From: Candidatus Micrarchaeota archaeon
GTDB lineage: Archaea; Micrarchaeota; Micrarchaeia; Norongarragalinales; Norongarragalinaceae
NCBI GenBank assembly: GCA_018304285.1
Contig: JAGVWL010000036.1
Location: forward strand, 1 to 41,114
Direction of reading: 5' to 3'
Length of the DNA: 41,114 nt
Shown: piece after piece, positions 33,451 through 41,114 of the stretch
Numbering within the stretch: the stretch's first letter is position 1
How the letters are laid out: every line of letters starts with the position of its first letter
Position numbers and translations under genes: made by a program
Notes under the pieces: generated by a model
The model's input: only the letters and a program-made list of their open reading frames with translations
Database searches by the model: none
What the model was told of the DNA's origin: nothing

Positions 33451-34152
33451 TCACTTTTTCCTGACGTTTGAAGCAAGCGCCGGCGCGGAGATTGCCAGGG
33501 TTGCGGCAACTACTATGAGAACGATGCTTACCGCGTCGAGGTTTGGAATGCCATTCAAAAACGAAACCAACGCAAAGCCCGCAATGTTTCCGGCCATCAG
33601 CCCAGCCCATATTTTCTCCCTTTTGACGCCGCAAATAACGCCCAACGCACTCATGTGCCACTGCGAGCCGGCCAAGTTCCCCAAGCCAAGCGAAACCAGC
33701 GGGTGTTTTTTGATTGACGGCGAAAGGAGTTTTTTGAAAAAGCCCAGCCTCTTTTCGATTCCGTGGGAAATGGAGCGTTTCAAGCCTTTTTCGACGACCC
33801 AATGCACGCCCACCACGCTCGCCAGTGACGCAGCGGTGAAAATCGCGAAAACACCCCAAAAACCGAAGACCGGATTTCCCAGATTGATTGCAACGAGCGT
33901 CGCCACGAGTCCGCTCCTGCCTACGGGCAGCGCGAACAAAACCGCAATGAGAAGCCCGACTAGCAAAGGCGAGCTTGACGAGGTTATTCCGAGCATGCCG
34001 GGCCATTCTTCCGGATGCAGGATGCACGGCGTTTGGGGAGCGCAAACGGCGGCGGTTATTTGCGTCCTGCCGAAAAACCAGGCTGCAGCCAGCAAGAGAA
34101 AGAAAGCCGCGGGAATGTAATCACGCCATTCCTCCTTGAGTTTCGTGAACAC
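33451..34152 (-). CDS. Multi-pass membrane protein (233 aa), family unknown (possibly DedA/VTT-like)
   Basis: It has 5-6 hydrophobic helices. I chose it over the overlapping Arg-rich ORFs 33290..34045 (-) and 33515..34120 (+) on composition. Confidence 0.55.
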   Translation of the reverse strand: MFTKLKEEWRDYIPAAFFLLLAAAWFFGRTQITAAVCAPQTPCILHPEEWPGMLGITSSSSPLLVGLLIAVLFALPVGRSGLVATLVAINLGNPVFGFWGVFAIFTAASLASVVGVHWVVEKGLKRSISHGIEKRLGFFKKLLSPSIKKHPLVSLGLGNLAGSQWHMSALGVICGVKREKIWAGLMAGNIAGFALVSFLNGIPNLDAVSIVLIVVAATLAISAPALASNVRKK

Positions 34153-34198
34153 AGTTTCGCTTCCGGGCTATAACGCCCTATTCCTAGGTCTCAGCCTT

Positions 34199-34999
34199 TC
34201 AAAACGAAATTGAAATAGCCGTAATGTCATCGTACTGCTTGAATCTCGGATATTTCCAGCATTTCGGGTCTTCCTTCTCCAGATTTCTGACGTAATCCTT
34301 TACGTCCTTCAATCCCCCTTGCAAAAAAAGTTTTACAAACGCATTCCAATCGTCTTCCACCGCGGGATCTTTTTTGGGAAGAAAAATGCCGTCGGTAAAA
34401 AGGAGGATGTGCTTCACGTTTTCAAGCCTTTCAACGCCCGATTTGATGAAATTCCCTGCGTTTTCCCCGCCATTCAAAACGCCGTAGGCTATATTCATCT
34501 TGTTTCGTGCTTCCGTGTGATGGGCTTCGATTAATTCCCTTATATTTTCCTTCCTTTCAATTGCTAGTTTTTTCCATATTTTCAGGAGTTCTTTGTCATG
34601 GTCGTAGCCGTCAACAAGCATTTTGAAAGAATCGTCTTTGTATATTGCGAGAATGAGGGAATCACCAATCTGCATCCATTCGAAAAAGCCGTCTTGAATC
34701 CTAACTACTGCAAAGGCCGTTCCCCAGACGTTCCTTTTTTCGCGAGTGTCGATATTGCATTCGGACATTTTCTCTTTGATTTTTTGGTTCGCTTCCATTG
34801 CCGAGTCTTTCAGGCTCTTGCCGTTTTTGGAGAATGTCTCTTTTGCGATTGTCGCTGCGATTAAGCCTCCTGTTTTGCCGTCTTTGCCGACATATTTATT
34901 CAAGCCGTCGAAACCGTCGAAAACGCCGAAGATGTTTTCTCCTATAATGTGGGCGTCTTCCTTGCTGGAGCCTTCGTCGACCACGAAATCAGTTTTCAT
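34199..34999 (-). CDS. PP2C-family protein phosphatase
   Basis: FGVFDGFDG, IGDSLILA, LLFTDGIF and C-terminal DDITAISISF. Confidence 0.7.
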   Translation of the reverse strand: MKTDFVVDEGSSKEDAHIIGENIFGVFDGFDGLNKYVGKDGKTGGLIAATIAKETFSKNGKSLKDSAMEANQKIKEKMSECNIDTREKRNVWGTAFAVVRIQDGFFEWMQIGDSLILAIYKDDSFKMLVDGYDHDKELLKIWKKLAIERKENIRELIEAHHTEARNKMNIAYGVLNGGENAGNFIKSGVERLENVKHILLFTDGIFLPKKDPAVEDDWNAFVKLFLQGGLKDVKDYVRNLEKEDPKCWKYPRFKQYDDITAISISF

Positions 35000-35036
35000 A
35001 AATTAACCCGCCTTTCATGTTCGAGACCCACCGCGC

Positions 35037-36782
35037 TCACATTTTTTTCGGCACGGTGATGCCCAAGAGCGAAAGCCCGCTTTCAATCGCGTTTAGAGTC
35101 GCCGCGACGATTGCAAGGCGCTTTTGCCTTTCTGCGCCTTCGCTTTGCACGACCGGGCATTTCTCGTAGAATTCGCTGAACGCAGCCGAAAGCTTGAGCA
35201 AATAGTCGCAAAGCGCGTGCGGCTCGAAGTTTTCCGACACTCGCCTCGCAACGTCCGGATAAAGCGAAAGCATGAAAGAAACTTTCCTTTCCGCGTCGTT
35301 GAATTGCGTGTTTTTTGGAACCGAAGCTTTCGTATTCCCCCCTGCCTTGCGCAAAATGTTTTTCGCCCGAACCGCATTGTACTGCACGTACGCCCCCGTG
35401 TCCCCCTCGAAGCTCACGGCTTTCTCCGGATTGAACGTGATGTTTTTCGCGTTGCTCACGCGCAGGAAGCCGAATTTAATGCTTCCCACGCCTATCGTTT
35501 GCGCTATCCCCTTAATTTCCTTTTTGCCCATCGTTTCCCTGCCGCGGATTTGCGCGCTTGCACTTTCAATGGCGTCGTCAAGCAAATCCTCGAGAAAGAA
35601 GACGTTTCCCTTGCGCGAGGAAAGCTTTCCTCCCTCGAGATAAATCAAGCCGAATCCCACGTGCTTGAAGCGGTTCGTGTAATCGCGGCCCATGAGCTCC
35701 AGCATTTTGTAGACTTGCTTGAAGTGCATCAATTGGTCGCTTCCTGTCACGATTACGGATATTGCGGGGTTGTAAATCCTGAAGCGGCTGTCGGCGAGCG
35801 AAAGGTCGCGGGTTGAATAAAGCGTGGTGCCATTCGAGCGCAGGATTACGAGGTTGGGAATGCCGTACTCCTCCAAAAATGCGACGAGCTCGCCGTCCTT
35901 TTCGATTCGCGCTATGCCTTTCTCCTTCGCTTCCAACGCGAGCTTTTTTCCTTCGTTTACGAAGTCGCTGTCGAAAATCTCTTCTTCAAAACGCACTCCA
36001 AGCTTGGCGTAGTTTTCCTTGAACGGCTTGAGCGTGATTTTCCTGATTGTCTTGAGCTGCTTGAGCGTCGCCGCGTCCCCGTCCTCCATTTTTTCCAGGA
36101 TTGCGTGCACTTGCTTTTCAAGCTTTTCGTCTTTATCGATTTCGGCGTTTATCTTGATATAATAGTCAAGAAGCTGCTTTTCGTCTTTGATTGCGCCAAC
36201 CTTGTATTTCTTGAGGCCGAGCAAAAGCTTTGCGACTTGCGTTCCTGCCTCGCACAAGTAGTTAGACCTTATTACTTTGTAGCCGCGCTTTCGCAGACCC
36301 AGCGCTATCGCGTCGCCCAGTATTGTCGAGCGGATGTGCCCGACGTGCATGGGTTTTCCCATGTTCGGCGAAGAGAATTCGACGACCGCTTTTTTTCCCT
36401 TGCCTTCTTCGCCGCCTCCGAAGTCCTTGTCCAATGCTTCTTCTACAGACTGGGCGTGGTATCCGTCGTTGAGGAAAAAGTTGACGTAGCCGCCAACCGC
36501 CTCAACTTTTTCTGCGTATTGTTTACCACCTAAGCCATAGAACGCGTTTAGGTATTGGGTTATTTTTTCAGCAATTTCGTTAGGGTTTTTCTTTGCCTGC
36601 GAAGCTAGGGGAAAGCACGGGAATGACAAGTCGCCGAACTGCTTCGACACTTCCACTTTTGCGGGGAGGCTTGCTATGCCGTAAAGCTTTTTCACTGCGC
36701 TCGCGAGTTGCTTTTCGCATTCTTCGATGGCTTGGGCGAGCGCGAAACCTTTTTTCATGGTTGAAATTATTCCCTCCCACAA
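35037..36782 (-). CDS. argS: Arginyl-tRNA synthetase
   Basis: SSPNMGKPMHVGHIRSTILGD (HIGH region), the class I fold, the anticodon-binding tail and a terminal Met. TTG start per the track; the ATG 8 codons downstream is also possible. Confidence 0.9.
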   Translation of the reverse strand: MWEGIISTMKKGFALAQAIEECEKQLASAVKKLYGIASLPAKVEVSKQFGDLSFPCFPLASQAKKNPNEIAEKITQYLNAFYGLGGKQYAEKVEAVGGYVNFFLNDGYHAQSVEEALDKDFGGGEEGKGKKAVVEFSSPNMGKPMHVGHIRSTILGDAIALGLRKRGYKVIRSNYLCEAGTQVAKLLLGLKKYKVGAIKDEKQLLDYYIKINAEIDKDEKLEKQVHAILEKMEDGDAATLKQLKTIRKITLKPFKENYAKLGVRFEEEIFDSDFVNEGKKLALEAKEKGIARIEKDGELVAFLEEYGIPNLVILRSNGTTLYSTRDLSLADSRFRIYNPAISVIVTGSDQLMHFKQVYKMLELMGRDYTNRFKHVGFGLIYLEGGKLSSRKGNVFFLEDLLDDAIESASAQIRGRETMGKKEIKGIAQTIGVGSIKFGFLRVSNAKNITFNPEKAVSFEGDTGAYVQYNAVRAKNILRKAGGNTKASVPKNTQFNDAERKVSFMLSLYPDVARRVSENFEPHALCDYLLKLSAAFSEFYEKCPVVQSEGAERQKRLAIVAATLNAIESGLSLLGITVPKKM

Positions 36783-36873
36783 CTTAAATTGATAACCCCG
36801 CAGCCTCTCGGAGAAAGTGGGCGGTGAATAGCTTATTTAAAGCAAGGGAAACAAAAGGGTATTCGATATTCGC

Positions 36874-39800
36874 ATGGACGGCAATAAAAGCTCGGGGGAA
36901 GGCAAGACTTTCTTCGAAAGCGTTGAATCGTCTTACTATTCATTCTGCGATTCGCTGCAGGAAAAGGGAATAAAAATCTACGATTGGTTCGTAAACCCCT
37001 TGGAAGACCGCGGCATCCCCTCGTTTCCCGCCTTCGCCATAATCCTGCTGCTTTTGCTTCTTGGAGCGGGTTGGCTTGCTTTCGGCGGGGTTGCGACGCA
37101 AGCACAGGATTCTTACGAGTTGAGCGTGAGCGTTTCCAACGAGAAAGGCGGCGTTGACGGCGCAATGGTGTCGCTGTTCAAAGGCGGCTCTCTTGTTTCC
37201 AAAGAAAAAACCAAGGGTGGAATCGCGTTGTTCGAAAGCCTGGAGCAAGGCGAGTATTCGCTTGAAGTGCAAAAGGAAGGGTTCCAGAACGCCACGCAGA
37301 ACGTCCTGGTGCCGGACCAAAAGTATTTGGAAATAACGTTGAAAAGCGGCGCTTCGCCGCGCGTGCAGCCGAACGGCAAAACCACGCCGGAATCAGTCAC
37401 CTTCGCTAATATCGACTTTCCTTCAAGCGGAAACCTGGTGCTGCACGTTTTCGTCAACGGCCCCAACGGCGAGAGCCTGGACGCAGTGGCCACTATGTAT
37501 GATGCCCGCAACAACGTAAAACTAGGAACGATCCAAGTGAAAAACGGCTGGGCTACGTTCGAGGGCGTGGAAGAGGGAATGAGCGTTTATGCCGACGCGA
37601 GTGCGGAAGGTTTCGCCCCGTATTCCGGCTCGGCAAACGCCATTACGATTTCCAAAGACGGTATTAATTCCATCACAATAACGCTTTCGCGCTTGACCGG
37701 CGATTTTACCGAAACGCCCGTGAAAATAACCGACTTGCAGGACAATCCCCTTTCCGGAGTTTCAGTCCAGGTTTTCCCTGCCGGGTCCGCAACCCCGCTC
37801 ACGCTTTACAATTCCCTTACGGACTCGAAGGGGGTGTTAGTATTGCTTTTGGATTCGAAAAACGGTTCGCGTTACAAGCTTCTTGCCTCGAAAGCGGGCT
37901 TTGACGAGATGGAGAGCGATTTCTTCAAGGCCGGCGATCCTGTTGCACTGCGCTTGCACAAGCCGGGCGAATATACCGATGATGAGAAGGAGCGTTCGAG
38001 CACGGTCAATGCGCTGGTCACGCAAGACGGCGCGGCAGTAAAGAATGCGATTGTGGCGCTTTCGGGCGCCGGGCTCGTGACGCGCACGCGCAATACTGAC
38101 GCGCAAGGCAAGGCCAGCTTTTTCCTGTTCGGAAAGCGCGGGCAGGAAATTCTCGCTTCCGCTTCCAAAGGAAACCGTTTTGCGTCGCAAACGCTTTCGC
38201 TCGGGTCCGCCGAAGTTTCGGTCGAACTCAAGCTTGAAGCGCAGAAGGCAAGCGTTATCGTGAATGCGATTCGCTATTCCAGCCAGGAGCCTCTCGATGC
38301 TTCGTTCGAGGCGAGCGTCAACAACCAGCCTGTTTCATCTTGCGCCACCAACCTTGCGAACACCGAGTGCGAATTGGAAATTCCGATGGGCGTTACCGCG
38401 CAAATAACCGCGTCTGCGCAAGGCTTTGTTTCCGAAACGCACGACCTGGTAATCAACGCGCCGCAGTTGGCGAAAACTTTCTCGCTTGTTTCAGAATCAG
38501 AAGTCCAGTCTTCGCAAATAAAGGACTTTCGCGTTACGCTTGAGGCGAGCAACGAGCCCGTCGAGATAATGTATCCAGGCAAGCGTTATGAAGCGAAATT
38601 CACTTTGCTGGGCAAAACCGAGGCCGCAAGCGATTCTTTCGGATTTTACTTCTCGGTCGACCCTGCAAGGGCGGTAATAAAGAAATTCACTCCCCCTTCC
38701 GCGCCCCCGAAAACATTGGGTTCGCCTTCCTCTGCCTGCTCCCCAACGCAAGTGAATTACGCTAACGCAAACGCCGTGTGGGTGGACGTCACGTATGCCG
38801 GCTCTGCAAATCCTGTGAGCAAGAACGTGCGGATAGTTTTCGAAGTGAAGCCTTTGCGCGAAGGGGTTTTGGAAGAGCAAACGCTTTTGAAATACCGCAG
38901 CTTTCTGGTGCAGCAAGGAAAGTATTACCGCAACCCCTTGAATTCGAACGACGCGCCTGAAACGCGTTTCGAGCCGAAAACGCCTTTGGCGTCGGGATGC
39001 AATTCCCCGACAATCGACCGCGCTTATTCCGTGAATTCCATTGGCGTAACGTGTAGCGGCTTTGCGTGCATTCAAGTCGCGTTCACGCAGCAGGGCGCGC
39101 AAAGCGCGAAAGACAATTTCGTCGCCAACAAGGCCGGCGCCAATCCCGCTCCGGTAATAATGGCTTTCGAAATAACCATGCGCAAGGCGCAGTTGGAAGG
39201 CGAATTGGGAATGTCGTTCAGCGCGCCGGGCGGGTTTCTGGGCTTGCTTTCAGCCAAATATCCCGGAGAGCCGGACGCGCAAGGCACTCCTCCAGAATCC
39301 CCTGAAACGATATCATTCAACGGAACGCAGTCGGAATTTTCGGTTTCCCTGAGCCACTTGCGCTCGTACGCGAATTTCGACGTGGGCTTCGCTTTCGCAG
39401 GGCAAATCGCCCTCTCGCCTTTGGCTAAGACTGCGGAAGCAAGGCTGTTCCTGCAAATCGCTGACGCGCAGTCAGGCGTGAGGCATTACTCTTCTTATTC
39501 GGTTTCTCCCAACGAGTCTATCGGCGGCGGAGGGGGTGGAGTTTCGTTTGAGCATATTTCCCTATTGCCTCCTTCAAACGATTCTTGCGGTTCTGCGCCC
39601 GTAGTGGCTTACGATCCAGCCGAGCGAAACCAAATTTTGGTTAAAGCCAGGGCTGATGTGCAGGCGCAGTGCGGGACAATTGAAATGCGTTCTTCGCCCG
39701 TGTTTCCTGCAGACGCGATAAAAGTAAACGTGAATTCCGAGGAACGGCTTTTGGTCAACATTACCGAAGACGACGGTTCGAGCTGGTGCTTCGAATCGTG

Positions 39801-41114
39801 CCCGCTTGACGGGGAAGGGAAAGTCAACGAGGGAGCGTGCACGCGCGATTTCACCGCTTTCACGCGGACCGGAACGAGCGTTTTGCGCTATAATCCGGAG
39901 AAATACTCGCAATGCACCGCATTCCAAACTTTCGCCAACACCGTGAAGCCCGCGAAAGTAAAATTGCAGTTGGGCAGGGCAGGCAGCGAGTCGGCATCGC
40001 AAATAACAATAGACGTTTCGACGCTCGCCGCGTTCGACGCGCCTTCGCTTTTCATCGGCCCGATTTTCGCGCCCATAGAAGGAGGGGAAAGCACTGCACT
40101 CGCATACCCCCAGTTGTGGGCTGTGACGAATTTGAAGCAAATAGGCTCTCGGAGCATTGAATTGTATTTGGCCGAACCTTCGAACGTGCAGCAGCCCATA
40201 CAACGGCTTCCGCAAGTTTCTTTCGACGCGCCCGGGACAAAGACAATCGCGTTGAACCCCAAGCCGAAAAGCCTTGTGCTAGTAGCAAAGGAAAACGGGG
40301 AATTCGTTTTCGTGCAAGGCGATGCGGCGAAAAGCAAAATCTCCGGTTTGACCGAATACGCGCAGGAATTCACTTCCAAAACCGCTCTTGCCGGTTCTGC
40401 GACCGGCGATTTGCGCAGCTTGCTTTTGTCAAACACTGGTTTCAATCCGGATGTTGTAAAGGGAATTCTCGACAAGGCTGTTGCGAAAGCAAAGCAAAGC
40501 GCGTTCTGGAGGAGCGACGGGTCGGCTTGGTGCAAGCAAACGCCCGCGTGCTTGAACAACAAGTTCAAGCCGTTCGACGAATGCTGCCGTGCCACTCGCG
40601 AGGACTGGCTGAATGCGACCGTTTCCTTCGAGGAAACGACCGAGCAATGCGCGTTCGCGGACGAAACGCCTGCGAAATTCTGCAACAACCTCGGCTTCCC
40701 GCAGGAAAGCGGGAATTGGAATTCACAAACCGAATCCTGCTCTGCCCCCATAGATTTCGGCTCGCAATCCGCGCCGTACTGCACTCAGGCAGGCGAATTC
40801 AACCCTGCCACGCAAGAGTATTGCGACTCGCGTTGCGCGCCTAGGGAAACTGTGGTGGGCTACGATTCCGATGGAGCGCCGATCACGCAAATAACCGCCG
40901 GCGCGGAAATCGCTTACGGCGATTCTTACAGGGAATCGTTTGAAGCGACGGCGAACTCTTGCTCGGCAGCCGCTGCCGCAAACCAAGCTTCAATGTCCGA
41001 CTCTGGCTTCCAGGCGTGCAAGGCAAAAGGCTTTTTGTGCCCCGTTTTCACTAAAATCAAGAGTTCGGTGGACACGCCGTTGTGCGTGCCTTCAAACGCC
41101 GTCGATTCGAGCGG
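36874..41114 (+). CDS. Giant surface protein, more than 1413 aa, 3' end outside the window: N-terminal TM anchor, about 5 tandem CarboxypepD_reg/prealbumin-like domains, then a Cys-rich region
   Basis: Absent from the supplied track because it has no stop. I translated the frame from ATG 36874 to the window end and saw no stop codon. TM helix FPAFAIILLLLLLGAGWLAFGG. Repeats such as YELSVSVSNEKGGVDGAMVSLFKGG...GEYSLEVQKEGF. TATA-like TATTTAAA at 36834..36841. Confidence 0.8.
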   Translation, partial: MDGNKSSGEGKTFFESVESSYYSFCDSLQEKGIKIYDWFVNPLEDRGIPSFPAFAIILLLLLLGAGWLAFGGVATQAQDSYELSVSVSNEKGGVDGAMVSLFKGGSLVSKEKTKGGIALFESLEQGEYSLEVQKEGFQNATQNVLVPDQKYLEITLKSGASPRVQPNGKTTPESVTFANIDFPSSGNLVLHVFVNGPNGESLDAVATMYDARNNVKLGTIQVKNGWATFEGVEEGMSVYADASAEGFAPYSGSANAITISKDGINSITITLSRLTGDFTETPVKITDLQDNPLSGVSVQVFPAGSATPLTLYNSLTDSKGVLVLLLDSKNGSRYKLLASKAGFDEMESDFFKAGDPVALRLHKPGEYTDDEKERSSTVNALVTQDGAAVKNAIVALSGAGLVTRTRNTDAQGKASFFLFGKRGQEILASASKGNRFASQTLSLGSAEVSVELKLEAQKASVIVNAIRYSSQEPLDASFEASVNNQPVSSCATNLANTECELEIPMGVTAQITASAQGFVSETHDLVINAPQLAKTFSLVSESEVQSSQIKDFRVTLEASNEPVEIMYPGKRYEAKFTLLGKTEAASDSFGFYFSVDPARAVIKKFTPPSAPPKTLGSPSSACSPTQVNYANANAVWVDVTYAGSANPVSKNVRIVFEVKPLREGVLEEQTLLKYRSFLVQQGKYYRNPLNSNDAPETRFEPKTPLASGCNSPTIDRAYSVNSIGVTCSGFACIQVAFTQQGAQSAKDNFVANKAGANPAPVIMAFEITMRKAQLEGELGMSFSAPGGFLGLLSAKYPGEPDAQGTPPESPETISFNGTQSEFSVSLSHLRSYANFDVGFAFAGQIALSPLAKTAEARLFLQIADAQSGVRHYSSYSVSPNESIGGGGGGVSFEHISLLPPSNDSCGSAPVVAYDPAERNQILVKARADVQAQCGTIEMRSSPVFPADAIKVNVNSEERLLVNITEDDGSSWCFESCPLDGEGKVNEGACTRDFTAFTRTGTSVLRYNPEKYSQCTAFQTFANTVKPAKVKLQLGRAGSESASQITIDVSTLAAFDAPSLFIGPIFAPIEGGESTALAYPQLWAVTNLKQIGSRSIELYLAEPSNVQQPIQRLPQVSFDAPGTKTIALNPKPKSLVLVAKENGEFVFVQGDAAKSKISGLTEYAQEFTSKTALAGSATGDLRSLLLSNTGFNPDVVKGILDKAVAKAKQSAFWRSDGSAWCKQTPACLNNKFKPFDECCRATREDWLNATVSFEETTEQCAFADETPAKFCNNLGFPQESGNWNSQTESCSAPIDFGSQSAPYCTQAGEFNPATQEYCDSRCAPRETVVGYDSDGAPITQITAGAEIAYGDSYRESFEATANSCSAAAAANQASMSDSGFQACKAKGFLCPVFTKIKSSVDTPLCVPSNAVDSS

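Noticed and set aside
33290-34120. Alternative ORFs 33290..34045 (-) and 33515..34120 (+) overlapping the membrane-protein gene.
   Set aside because: They are Arg-rich or irregular in composition. The 33451..34152 (-) frame gives regular TM helices.
37970-37985. C-box-like GAUGAUGA, and other isolated box motifs, as C/D sRNA signals.
   Set aside because: They lie inside coding sequence and have no matching D/C'/D' boxes or terminal stem.
39888-40784. 298-aa minus-strand ORF and other track ORFs between 36.8 and 41.1 kb.
   Set aside because: All are antisense or off-frame relative to the stop-free + frame from 36874, which has domain-like repeats and a TM anchor.

Overview
This is a gene-dense archaeal chromosomal segment, almost entirely coding, with strong GGTG-type Shine-Dalgarno motifs and TATA-like boxes.

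**Content.** Most genes are archaeal information-processing or housekeeping genes:
- translation: ProRS C-terminus, aIF5A, aIF2-beta, aIF1A, ArgRS
- DNA and RNA handling: SMC, MCM, aCPSF1/FttA, Alba, LSm, TatD
- protein quality control and secretion: Hsp20, isoaspartyl methyltransferase, proteasome beta, Sec61-beta, a presenilin-type protease
- other: Fap7-like kinase, HIT, MinD, VapBC, RIO kinase, TIM, PP2C

These are interleaved with lineage-specific secreted or membrane proteins. Two of them are very large surface proteins: one of 1082 aa, and one of more than 1413 aa that runs off the 3' edge. There are three tRNA genes (Gln, Val, Ala). Two of them carry 52-53 nt introns at the canonical 37/38 site. 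I saw no rRNA, CRISPR array, transposase or integrase. The gene set and style suggest a small-genome, DPANN-like archaeon, but that is inference only.

**Most notable observations.**
1. A 545-aa LAGLIDADG intein splits the Walker-A loop of SMC.
2. The MCM helicase frame is broken just after Walker A, and about 9 universally conserved codons appear to be missing.
3. A family of AT-rich perfect hairpins sits 1 nt from mature tRNA ends. One copy is duplicated inside the tRNA-Ala intron.
4. NYN nuclease, an unknown protein and a MinD ATPase form a translationally coupled trio.
5. Several micro-ORFs have their own SD motifs: two paralogous zinc ribbons upstream of smc, a 31-aa poly-acidic Trp peptide, and a 54-aa basic protein.
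6. Two tandem paralogous membrane-anchored proteins are followed by a truncated COG2433-like nuclease.

All family assignments come from motif recognition by eye. No database search was run.
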